Source of the DNA: an uncultured Verrucomicrobiae bacterium
GTDB taxonomy: Bacteria; Verrucomicrobiota; Verrucomicrobiia; Chthoniobacterales; UBA10450
Assembly: GCA_963834385.1 (NCBI GenBank)
Contig: CAWIBO010000002.1
Coordinates: 1,216,001-1,280,000 of the forward strand
Direction of reading: 5' to 3'
Length of the DNA: 64,000 nucleotides
In this document: piece by piece, positions 21,502 through 29,728 of the stretch
Layout of the letters: the number at the start of each line of letters is the position of its first letter
Numbering within the stretch: the stretch's first letter is position 1
Made by a program: the position numbers and the translations under genes
Notes under the pieces: model-generated
What the model saw: the letters and a program-made list of their open reading frames with translations, nothing else
What the model was told of the DNA's origin: nothing
Database searches by the model: none

Positions 21502-21542
21502 ACCCGGGAGGAGAGCGCAAGTTCTCCTCCCGGTTTCTTTTT
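21502..21542 (+). terminator. Intrinsic terminator
   Basis: CCGGGAGGAGAGC-GCAA-GTTCTCCTCCCGG stem-loop followed by TTTCTTTTT. Confidence 0.85.
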
Positions 21543-21596
21543 CCGGCAGGAAATTTTCGGGCGCGCCCCGGGCGGAACACGTTTAATCTCGCGGGC

Positions 21597-22343
21597 ATGA
21601 CGGAGTATCTCGAGGCGGCGGTGACGGCGGCGCGCAATGCCGGCGCCCTCCTGCGCAACCACTTTGGAAAGCCGCTCGAGGTCAACGAGGTGGCCCGGCA
21701 CGACATCAAGCTCGAGATCGACGTGCGGACGCAGGACCAGATCACCCGGGAACTGCTCGGGCGCTTTCCGGCGCACGCCCTTTATGGCGAGGAGGGAATC
21801 GTGGGCGACCAGGCGAGCGAGTTCCAGTGGGTGGTCGATCCGCTCGATGGCACGGTCAACTTCTTCTACAGCGTCCCGCACTTCTGCGTTTCCATCGCCC
21901 TGCGCCAGGCCGGGCGGATCATCCTCGGCGTGATCTACGATCCGATGCGGGACGAGCTTTGGCAGGTCGGCGAAGGCGAGCCGGCGCGGCTCAACGGGGA
22001 ACCGTGCCGGGTCAGCCGGCGGACCGAGCTTTCCGAGGCGATTCTTTCGGTGGGGCTTTCCAAGACGGGAACCACGATCGAGGCGGGTCTGCCGTTGCTG
22101 CAGAGCTTCGTGCGGCGCGCGCGCAAATGCCGGATGATGGGCAGCGCGGCGCTCGACATGGCCTACGTGGCCTGCGGCCGGCTCGACGCCTACATTGAGC
22201 CCGGGGTGAGCCTGTGGGATATCGCCGCGGGCAAGATCCTGGTGGAGAATGCAGGCGGACGGGTGGAAATGACCGAGCGAACCGATTTCAAGAACAAGTA
22301 CAGCGTGGTCGCTTCGAGCGGCCTGCTCGACCTGCAGCCATGA
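21597..22343 (+). CDS. suhB: Inositol monophosphatase family protein (SuhB-like)
   Basis: GEEG, WVVDPLDGTVNF, GSAALDMAYVACGRLD, WDIAAG. Confidence 0.88.
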   Translation: MTEYLEAAVTAARNAGALLRNHFGKPLEVNEVARHDIKLEIDVRTQDQITRELLGRFPAHALYGEEGIVGDQASEFQWVVDPLDGTVNFFYSVPHFCVSIALRQAGRIILGVIYDPMRDELWQVGEGEPARLNGEPCRVSRRTELSEAILSVGLSKTGTTIEAGLPLLQSFVRRARKCRMMGSAALDMAYVACGRLDAYIEPGVSLWDIAAGKILVENAGGRVEMTERTDFKNKYSVVASSGLLDLQP

Positions 22344-22816
22344 TTCGCACCGGCATCGGTTATGACGCCCACCGGCTTGTCGCCGGACGTAAACTCGTGC
22401 TTGGAGGCGTGGAAATTCCGCATGAGCGCGGCCTTGAAGGCCATTCCGACGCCGACGTCCTGGTGCACGCGATCGCCGACGCCCTGCTCGGCGCGGCCGG
22501 GGAAGCGGATATCGGCCATCATTTTCCGAACACGGACGAAGCCATCCGGGGGATCAGCAGCATCGAGATCCTGGCGCGGGCGGTGGAACTGCTGGCGGCG
22601 AAGGGAGCACGCCCGGTCAACATCGATGCCACCCTGATCGCGGAAGCGCCGAAGATCGCGCCGCACATCCCCGCCATGCGGGAGAAGCTGGCCGGCGCGC
22701 TCGGCCTTGGGCAGGATCGCGTCAGCATCAAGGCGACCACGAATGAGGGGCTGGGCACGATCGGTCGCGGCGAAGGGATGGCGGCGATGGCCGTGGCCAC
22801 GATCGAGCAGGGGTAA
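22340..22816 (+). CDS. ispF: 2-C-methyl-D-erythritol 2,4-cyclodiphosphate synthase
   Basis: GIGYDAH, GHSDADVLVHAIADALLGA, SIKATTNEGLG. Confidence 0.96.
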   Translation: MIRTGIGYDAHRLVAGRKLVLGGVEIPHERGLEGHSDADVLVHAIADALLGAAGEADIGHHFPNTDEAIRGISSIEILARAVELLAAKGARPVNIDATLIAEAPKIAPHIPAMREKLAGALGLGQDRVSIKATTNEGLGTIGRGEGMAAMAVATIEQG

Positions 22817-22821
22817 GCCGG

Positions 22822-24210
22822 ATGGCGTTGCGTCTATTCAACACCCGGTCGCGCGTCCTGGAGGAGTTCCAGCCGCTGGACCCGGCGGGGCCCGTGCGGA
22901 TGTACACCTGCGGGCCGACGGTTTACAGCCACGCGCACATCGGAAATTTCCGCGCCTACCTCTTCGAGGACCTCCTGCAGCGTCACCTCGAGCGCCGCGG
23001 TTTTCGGGTGCAGCGGGTGATGAACATCACCGACGTGGACGACAAGACGATCAGGGGGGCCCGGCAGGCGGGCGTGCCACTGGCCGACTTCACCGCGCCG
23101 TTCCGGAAAGCCTTTCATGAGGACCTGGCGGCGCTCCGGATCAAACCGGCGGACGAATATCCTGCGGCGACGGAGGAGCGCCACATCCGGCGGATGATTG
23201 AGATGATCGGGACGCTGATGGAGCGCGGGCTGGCCTACAAGGCGGAGGACAACTCGGTCTATTTCCGCATCCGGGAGTTTCCCGACTACGGCAAGCTGGC
23301 GCATTTCAACCTGGACGAGTTGCAGGCCAGCGGGCGGGTCAAGAACGACGAGTACGACAAGGAGCATGTGGGGGATTTTGCGCTCTGGAAGGCGTGGGAC
23401 GAGGAGGATGGCGAGGTGGCCTGGGAAAGTCCGTGGGGCCGGGGCCGACCCGGCTGGCATATCGAGTGCAGCGCGATGGCGACGCAGATCCTGGGCGACC
23501 AGCTCGATCTCCATTGCGGAGGGGTGGACAACATCTTCCCGCATCACGAAGCCGAGATTGCGCAAACCGAAGGCGTGACCGGGAAGGCGTTTGTCCGTTA
23601 CTGGGTGCATTGCGCGCATCTGCTGGTCGAGGGGCAGAAGATGTCGAAGTCCCTCGGCAATTTTTACACCCTGCGCGATGTGCTGGAGCGCGGTTACAGC
23701 GGGCGGGAAGCGCGCTACGCCCTGCTCCGGGTGCATTACCGGAGCCAGCTCAACTTCACCTGGGACGGGATGGAGGAGGCGCGACAGGCCCTGGGCCGGG
23801 TCGATGAGTGGCTCGTCCGGTTGCGGGCGACGGCCGCGTCGTCGCCCGAGGGAGAGATCGCTGACGGGTTTGCCGAGGCCCTCGATGACGACCTGAACAT
23901 TTCGGGCGCGCTCGGCTTTCTCTTCGAGAGCATTCGGGAAACGAACCGGCTTATGGACGGGGGAGAATTGACCGGGGGCCGGGCCTCGGCCTGGCTGGCC
24001 TGGTGGGAGCAGGTCAATGCCGTCCTGCAACTGGAGGGGGGCGAGGCGGAGAAAACGCCGGTGGAAGTCGAGCGGCTCGGGGAGGAGCGGGCGCAGGCAA
24101 GGCTTGCAAAAAACTGGGCGCGCAGTGATGAATTGCGCGAGCAGATCGCGGCCCTGGGCTGGGATGTGCGCGACACCAAGGACGGCCAGAAGATCAGCCG
24201 GGCCCTGTGA
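22822..24210 (+). CDS. cysS: Cysteine--tRNA ligase
   Basis: YTCGPTVY, HIGN, GRPGWHIECS, KMSKS. Confidence 0.97.
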   Translation: MALRLFNTRSRVLEEFQPLDPAGPVRMYTCGPTVYSHAHIGNFRAYLFEDLLQRHLERRGFRVQRVMNITDVDDKTIRGARQAGVPLADFTAPFRKAFHEDLAALRIKPADEYPAATEERHIRRMIEMIGTLMERGLAYKAEDNSVYFRIREFPDYGKLAHFNLDELQASGRVKNDEYDKEHVGDFALWKAWDEEDGEVAWESPWGRGRPGWHIECSAMATQILGDQLDLHCGGVDNIFPHHEAEIAQTEGVTGKAFVRYWVHCAHLLVEGQKMSKSLGNFYTLRDVLERGYSGREARYALLRVHYRSQLNFTWDGMEEARQALGRVDEWLVRLRATAASSPEGEIADGFAEALDDDLNISGALGFLFESIRETNRLMDGGELTGGRASAWLAWWEQVNAVLQLEGGEAEKTPVEVERLGEERAQARLAKNWARSDELREQIAALGWDVRDTKDGQKISRAL

Positions 24211-24905
24211 GTGACCAAGCAATGTTCGCCCCCGAAGAATACCTGGCCCTTGAGCGCACCGCGCACGCGAAGCTGTTCGAGAACCAAAAGTATGTCTGGG
24301 ACGCGCTGAAACAGATTGAGAGTTACCTGCAATTCCGGCTGAAACCGGCGGTGCTGGGCGAGCTGGTGGGGAAACCGTTCCTGAGCAACGCCGTCTTTGT
24401 GGGGGCCGGGACCGTGGTGGAACAGGGCGCCGTGCTGAAAGGACCGGCCTGGATCGGCGAGAACTGTCAGATCCGCAGCGGCTGTTATGTGCGCGAAAAC
24501 GTGATCGTGGGCGACGGCGCCGTCCTGGGGAACTCGTGCGAGTTCAAGAACTGCATCCTCTTCGATGAGGTGCAGGTGCCTCATTTCAACTACGTGGGCG
24601 ATTCGATCCTCGGTTACCGCGCCCATCTCGGGGCCGGGGTGATCCTCTCAAACGTGAAGCTGGATCACCGGGAAATCATGGTTGCCGCCACGGAGGGGAG
24701 CATCGCCACGGGCCTGAAAAAATTTGGGGCCATCATTGGCGACCGGACGGAAGTGGGCTGCAACGCCGTGATCAACCCCGGCGCGGTCATCGGCCGCGAT
24801 TGCATCATCTATCCCCAGACCAATTTCCGGGGCGTGCTGGCCGCCGGCAGCATCGTCAAGCTGCGGCAGACCACGCAGGTGCTGACCCGGCGCGACCTTG
24901 AATAA
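24207..24905 (+). CDS. GlmU-like left-handed beta-helix acetyltransferase (no nucleotidyltransferase domain)
   Basis: Hexapeptide repeats, PHFNYVGDSILG, GAIIGD...GCNAVINPG. Confidence 0.75.
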   Translation: MSDQAMFAPEEYLALERTAHAKLFENQKYVWDALKQIESYLQFRLKPAVLGELVGKPFLSNAVFVGAGTVVEQGAVLKGPAWIGENCQIRSGCYVRENVIVGDGAVLGNSCEFKNCILFDEVQVPHFNYVGDSILGYRAHLGAGVILSNVKLDHREIMVAATEGSIATGLKKFGAIIGDRTEVGCNAVINPGAVIGRDCIIYPQTNFRGVLAAGSIVKLRQTTQVLTRRDLE

Positions 24906-24908
24906 GGT

Positions 24909-25481
24909 TCATTCCGCCGTCGGAGCGGGCTGGTCGTCCAGCCAGCCGAGGTCGAAGAGCATGCGCTCGAACCACCGCGTCGTCCTCTCCTCGAAGATCT
25001 GCCCGGCCGTTTTCCTCCAGCGCCGGGCGGCCCTCTTTTCCCCGTGCGCAAAAGCCCAGGCCGCCTGGGCATAATAGTAGGAGGGAGATTCTGTCGGGAA
25101 CTTGATCGCGGCAAAGGCGGCCTGCGCTTTCTCCTCGTTCTTCTCCGCGAGGAAGGTCATGAGCACGGCGAAGCGCAGGCGCTCGTTTGAGATCAGGATA
25201 TTGGTCTCGCGCAGCACCTCCTCATAGGCCGCCCGCGCCTCGGGATAACGGCGGGCGCGAAAGTGCGCGTCCGCCAGGTGAAGCCGCGGGAGAAAAAGGG
25301 CGGGGTTGGCCTTGTGCGCGGCGGCAAAGGCGGTCCGGGCCTCCTCAAGGCGCCCTTGCTCGAGAAAAATGGCTCCGCGCAGGTCGAGGGCCTCGGCGCT
25401 TTCCTGGCCTGTGCTCTGGAGAAGGGCGGCTGACTCCTCCGGTTGGCCAGCGTGTAAAAGATTGCGGGCATGATCCACCAC
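24909..25481 (-). CDS. TPR-containing protein (start uncertain; a signal-peptide-like segment extends to the tRNA-Ser 3' end)
   Basis: TPR motifs (ALDLRGAIFLEQGRLEEARTAF; LADAHFRARRYPEARAAY). First GTG outside the tRNA is at 25481. Confidence 0.6.
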   Translation of the reverse strand: MVDHARNLLHAGQPEESAALLQSTGQESAEALDLRGAIFLEQGRLEEARTAFAAAHKANPALFLPRLHLADAHFRARRYPEARAAYEEVLRETNILISNERLRFAVLMTFLAEKNEEKAQAAFAAIKFPTESPSYYYAQAAWAFAHGEKRAARRWRKTAGQIFEERTTRWFERMLFDLGWLDDQPAPTAE

Positions 25482-25581
25482 AGTGGAGACAGGCGCGACC
25501 GTTGCGGCCAGGCAGGGGGAAAGCGCGAGGAATAAGCCGCAGAGAAAACCGAGCCTGGGAGTGTGCCGGAGAAATCGGAAA

Positions 25582-25669
25582 TGGCGGATGGGCAGGGATT
25601 CGAACCCTGGGTGCCTTTCGGCACACACGCTTTCCAGGCGTGCACAATAGACCGCTCTGTCACCCATCC
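25582..25669 (-). tRNA. tRNA-Ser (anticodon GGA)
   Basis: Acceptor GGATGGG/CCCATCC, anticodon arm CACGC-CTGGAAA-GCGTG, long variable arm GTGCC-GAAA-GGCAC, GGTTCGAATCC, CCA. Confidence 0.97.
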
Positions 25670-25681
25670 GGTTGATGCGGT

Positions 25682-26503
25682 TCAAAGCTGCAGCCGATGA
25701 AAGAGTTCGTCGAGCGGGAGTTGCAACCCGATGAAAAACTCGCCGAAATCGGCAAAATCGGCGCTGACCGGGTCAAAGCGCATCTCGTAAACGATGGCCT
25801 TGATCTGGAACGTGTCGCGGGCAAAGAGCGTGACGAACCATTCCGCGTCGTCGAGCCCGGTGGAGCCGGTGATGAGCTGCTTCACTTTCCCGGCGTACTG
25901 GCGGCCGACGCGGGCATGCCCGCCCATGAGCTGCCGGCGCTGGTCGTAGGGCAGGGAATACCAGTTGTGGCGGTCGCCCCGGCGCTTGCTCATGTTATAG
26001 AAGCAGACCACCGGCCAGTCGGGCAGGGTGGGATACACCCGTTCGTGCCGGTATTTGGCGATGCGTTCCCGGAAGCTGGCCATGGCCTGCTCGAACTCCG
26101 GCGTGCCGGGGGTGAGCTTCTCGCCGGATTCGAGGGTGGCGGCGTGTTCCTCATCGGTCGTGCGATACTCGCTCTCCTCCGTAAGGGAGAGATAACTGTA
26201 GACCGGCTCGAGGATGTCGGGACCGAGCGACTGGCTGAGTTTTTTCTCGAACTCGTTGGCCCGGTGCAGGTCGGGCGTCACGAGCATGAAGCCAAGGTCG
26301 GCCTTGGGCGTGACCATGCTCAGAGTCAGAAGCTGGGTGGATTCGGTGGCGCGGACCTCCTGCACGAGGGAGGAGAGACGGGTCTTGGCCTTGCGCCTTT
26401 CCTCGTCATGCAGGAGCTGCCACTGGCCCTGTTCCACCCGGTAGAAGAGATGGAGACAATGCCAGCCCTGTTCGGGCACCAGAGGAGCGGGTTTGTCGGA
26501 CAC
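25682..26503 (-). CDS. chdC: Coproheme decarboxylase / chlorite dismutase family (HemQ)
   Basis: CFYNMSKRR, NWYSLP, LMGGHARVGRQYAGKVKQLITGSTGLDD.EW, VYEMRFD. Confidence 0.8.
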   Translation of the reverse strand: MSDKPAPLVPEQGWHCLHLFYRVEQGQWQLLHDEERRKAKTRLSSLVQEVRATESTQLLTLSMVTPKADLGFMLVTPDLHRANEFEKKLSQSLGPDILEPVYSYLSLTEESEYRTTDEEHAATLESGEKLTPGTPEFEQAMASFRERIAKYRHERVYPTLPDWPVVCFYNMSKRRGDRHNWYSLPYDQRRQLMGGHARVGRQYAGKVKQLITGSTGLDDAEWFVTLFARDTFQIKAIVYEMRFDPVSADFADFGEFFIGLQLPLDELFHRLQL

Positions 26504-26506
26504 AGG

Positions 26507-27325
26507 TTACTTTGACACTTCGCTGGGCGAGGGCGAGCCCGCCTGGGCCAGATGGGGCATGCAATATTCCTCGCCGTCGCGCGCGACGCGGAACTCCAGG
26601 CTGGGGTCGGTCTGCTCGGTCGCGCCGCAGATGGCGCACCGGTGCAACGGCTCGGCCTCGCTCTGCGAGCTTTCCTCGAAACGCCGGCGGCGGCTGGTGA
26701 CCGTGCGGCGGTGGCGGAAATTGCGGACATACTCCGGCCCGAAAAAGATGAGGTAATTGCTGAAAGCGGCGACCAGGGCCATGCGATAGGGGTTGGAGCC
26801 GGTGACGAAACCGAGCAGGAGGAAAAAGGCGAAGAACCAGGCCAGCCACTTGATCTTCACCGGCAGGACGAAAAGGATGTAAATGATCTCCTCCGGGTAA
26901 AAGCGGGCAAAGGCGAAGAAGAGCGAGGCGGCCAGCATTTCGTTGGAGAACTCCGCCCCGAAGACAAAGGCGGCCACGGTGGTGCCGATCATCCCGGCGA
27001 TGAAGTAGAGGGTGAGCCGGAAAGCGCCCCAGGCGCGTTCGAGGCCCTCGCCGATAAACCAGAGGAACCAGAGCGCAATGATAAGGAAAAGGGGGCTGAG
27101 CAGGCCGGCGCCCGGGCCCGGGGCGCGCGGGATGAAGATATAACTGACCAGTCGCCAGACCTCTCCGTCCTTCACCGCCGCGGGTTTCAGGTCGAGAACC
27201 GACATGAGATCGGGGTTTACGAAAAGGAGCAGGTAAACCATGAGGGTAAACCCGATCACGATGCGGATAAGGCCGGGAATGGCCATCCAGCCCATCCTGC
27301 GTTCAAGTCGATCAAGCCAGCTCAT
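26507..27325 (-). CDS. Rhomboid-like/derlin-like multi-pass membrane protein with C-terminal Zn-finger-like motif
   Basis: GEVWRLVSYIF, LE..WG.FR...Y, PVKIKWLA, C-terminal HRCAIC...YCMPH. Start ATG 27325 with TTGAAG-17-TAACAT upstream. Confidence 0.65.
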   Translation of the reverse strand: MSWLDRLERRMGWMAIPGLIRIVIGFTLMVYLLLFVNPDLMSVLDLKPAAVKDGEVWRLVSYIFIPRAPGPGAGLLSPLFLIIALWFLWFIGEGLERAWGAFRLTLYFIAGMIGTTVAAFVFGAEFSNEMLAASLFFAFARFYPEEIIYILFVLPVKIKWLAWFFAFFLLLGFVTGSNPYRMALVAAFSNYLIFFGPEYVRNFRHRRTVTSRRRRFEESSQSEAEPLHRCAICGATEQTDPSLEFRVARDGEEYCMPHLAQAGSPSPSEVSK

Positions 27326-27405
27326 TCGGGGTATGATGTTAGAGGTCGTGGGCGGCCTCTTCAAGCGCGCGCCCCTGCGTTGACACCCCGCCGGCACGCG
27401 GTCTA

Positions 27406-28515
27406 TTGGCGGACGTGACCGGCGCCGCCCAAAAGACCACCCCGCTGCATGACGAGCATGTCCGGGCCGGGGCCAAGCTGGTGCCCTTTGGGGGCTGGCT
27501 GATGCCGGTGCAATACAGCGGGATCGGGCAGGAACACCAGGCGGTGCGCGAGGCGGTGGGCATGTTCGACATCTCCCATATGGGCCAGTTGGTGGCCTCG
27601 GGCGAGGGCACCGGGGCCTGGTTGAACCGGATGCTGACGAACAACATCGACAAGCTCGAGCCGGGCAGCGGCCAGTATACCTTCCTGCTGAACAAAGAGG
27701 GCGGCATCATTGATGACCTTATTGTCTACCGCACCGGTCCCTCCGGTTTCCTGCTGGTGGTGAACGCTTCCCGCGCGGAGGAGGACCTGGCCTGGCTGCA
27801 GACACATCTGCCGGAGGGAATCACCCTGCGGAGCCGAAGCGACCAGTTTGCCGGGCTGGCCCTCCAGGGGCCGAAGGCGGTGGAGCTGTTCCATCGGGTT
27901 TTCGGTGAGGAGGCGGAACCGCCGGCGCGCAACCAGATCGCGACCTTCACGAGCGACGGAATCGCGGTGGAGGTGGCGCGGACCGGTTACACCGGGGAGG
28001 ACGGGTTTGAATGGTTTTTCCCGGCAGAATCCGCCTCACGCGTCTGGCGGGACCTGCTGGAAAAGGGGGAGTCGCTGGGGCTCAAGCCGTGCGGGCTCGG
28101 CGCGCGCGACACGCTCCGGCTGGAAATGTGCTATCCCCTCAACGGTTCCGACCTGACCCCGGAGCACAATCCTGTCGAGGCCGGGCTCGGTTTCTTTGTG
28201 GATATCACGAAACCCGATTTCGTTGGGCGGGAAATCGTCGCGCGCGACAAGGAGTCCGGGCCGGCACGCAAGCTGGTGCCCTTTCGCATGACGGCGAAAG
28301 GTCCGCCGCCGCGTCCCCATTACGCTGTTTTTGCGGGTGAAGAAAAGCTGGGGGAAGTCACCAGCGGCACTCTTTCGCCCAGTCTCAAGGAAGGCATCGG
28401 GATGGCTTACATCCCGGCCGACCGGGCCCGGGTGGGGGGTGAGCTTCTCATCGATATTCGCGGCCAGAAATTCCCTGCTGTCATCGTCAAGAAACCGTTC
28501 TACAAAAAATCATGA
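27406..28515 (+). CDS. gcvT: Glycine cleavage system T protein (start may be GTG 27415)
   Basis: TPLHDEH, FGGWLMPVQY, FDISHMG, RTGYTGEDGFE, GLGARDTLRLE. Confidence 0.96.
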   Translation: MADVTGAAQKTTPLHDEHVRAGAKLVPFGGWLMPVQYSGIGQEHQAVREAVGMFDISHMGQLVASGEGTGAWLNRMLTNNIDKLEPGSGQYTFLLNKEGGIIDDLIVYRTGPSGFLLVVNASRAEEDLAWLQTHLPEGITLRSRSDQFAGLALQGPKAVELFHRVFGEEAEPPARNQIATFTSDGIAVEVARTGYTGEDGFEWFFPAESASRVWRDLLEKGESLGLKPCGLGARDTLRLEMCYPLNGSDLTPEHNPVEAGLGFFVDITKPDFVGREIVARDKESGPARKLVPFRMTAKGPPPRPHYAVFAGEEKLGEVTSGTLSPSLKEGIGMAYIPADRARVGGELLIDIRGQKFPAVIVKKPFYKKS

Positions 28516-28889
28516 ATGTTCCAGAAGACCGCCGCTACACCGAAACACACGAATGGATCAAGCCGGAGGGCGACAAGGTTCGCGTCGGCATCACCGACCA
28601 CGCCCAGGCCGAGCTGACCGACGTGGTTTACGTGGAATTGCCGAAGGTGGGGACGCAGGCGGAGGCGAAGAAGCAGATCGCAGTGGTCGAGTCGGTCAAA
28701 GCCGCGAGCGACATTTACGCGCCGGTGAAAGGCGAGGTGGTGGAGGTGAACGAGGCGCTTTCGAGCAACCCGGCCCTGATCAACACCGATCCCTTCGGCG
28801 ACGGCTGGATTTTCGTCCTCAAGGTGGCGAACCCGGACGAGGTGAACCAGCTGAAGGACGCGGCCGGCTACAAGCAGACCATCGGTTAG
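28512..28889 (+). CDS. gcvH: Glycine cleavage system H protein
   Basis: HEW, GITDHAQ, VESVKAASDIYAP lipoyl site. Confidence 0.96.
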   Translation: MNVPEDRRYTETHEWIKPEGDKVRVGITDHAQAELTDVVYVELPKVGTQAEAKKQIAVVESVKAASDIYAPVKGEVVEVNEALSSNPALINTDPFGDGWIFVLKVANPDEVNQLKDAAGYKQTIG

Positions 28890-29257
28890 CCGGCGCAGAG
28901 GTCGTGCACGGCCCGGACGACCTCGTCGAGGGCCACGGGCGTGACGTTGAAGGAAAAGCCGTCGAGGACGCCGCTGGAGAGGAACCCGGTGTTCCCGAGC
29001 AGGCCGCTCAGGCAGATGATCGGGGCGTGCTGCAGGAAGGGATCAGCCTGGAGGGCGCGGGTGAGGGCGGCGGTATGGGCGGCGCTGGAGTCGAGCAGGA
29101 CGACATCCGGCTGGAACCACCGCAGGGCGTGCAAGGCCCGGCGGTCGTCGTGCTCGGCCCGGATGGTGTAGGCGCCAGAGGCGCCCAGGGCAGTCGCGAT
29201 CACCCGGGTTACTTCCGGATCATGATCGACAAGCAGGACTTTGCGGGGAAGGCGCAT
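28886..29257 (-). CDS. Atypical single-domain response regulator receiver
   Basis: KVLLVDHD, PDVVLLD, PIICLSG. Conserved Lys replaced (NVTP). Confidence 0.7.
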   Translation of the reverse strand: MRLPRKVLLVDHDPEVTRVIATALGASGAYTIRAEHDDRRALHALRWFQPDVVLLDSSAAHTAALTRALQADPFLQHAPIICLSGLLGNTGFLSSGVLDGFSFNVTPVALDEVVRAVHDLCAG

Positions 29258-29284
29258 GGCGAAGGTTGTGCGCCCATTTGCCTT

Positions 29285-29301
29285 AGCATCGGATGTGCCA
29301 G
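29285..29301 (-). promoter_or_regulatory. Putative sigma54 (-24/-12) promoter
   Basis: Minus strand reads CTGGCAC-ATCCG-ATGCT, i.e. GG-N10-GC, about 28 nt upstream of the receiver ATG. Confidence 0.55.
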
Positions 29302-29413
29302 CCCGGCCAAACCGGCCACTTCGGGCCACTGCGCTCGAGAGAAGGATGGGTTTCCGCCCGGAAGTCGCGCCTTTTTTTCGGGGTCGCGCTGTGCTTAACT
29401 GATTTTTCCGCTC

Positions 29414-29728
29414 ATGCCCAAAGACGACAAGAAAGCCGCCGCCGACCTCAACTTTGAGACGGCCATGGATCGCCTCGAGGAAATCGTGGAAAAGATGGAA
29501 TCGGGCAAGCTGCTCCTGGACGACCTGATTGGCCGTTACGAGGAGGGGATGAAGCTGGTAAAAATCTGCCAGGAACGGCTTGCCAGCGCCGAGCAACGCA
29601 TCGAGATCATCACCCGCAGCAATGACGGCAAGGCGGCCGTGAAGAACTTTGAACCAGGCGCTGAGGCCGCCCCTGCGCCCGCCGCTGCAAAAGGAGACAC
29701 CGAAGATGGAGAAGTCAGACTCTTCTAA
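29414..29728 (+). CDS. xseB: Exodeoxyribonuclease VII small subunit
   Basis: FETAMDRLEEIVEKMESG, YEEGMKL, AEQRI. Confidence 0.92.
   Translation: MPKDDKKAAADLNFETAMDRLEEIVEKMESGKLLLDDLIGRYEEGMKLVKICQERLASAEQRIEIITRSNDGKAAVKNFEPGAEAAPAPAAAKGDTEDGEVRLF

Noticed and set aside
27326..27414. Glycine riboswitch upstream of gcvT
   Set aside because: The gap is only ~80 bp, is occupied by divergent promoters, and shows no aptamer motifs.
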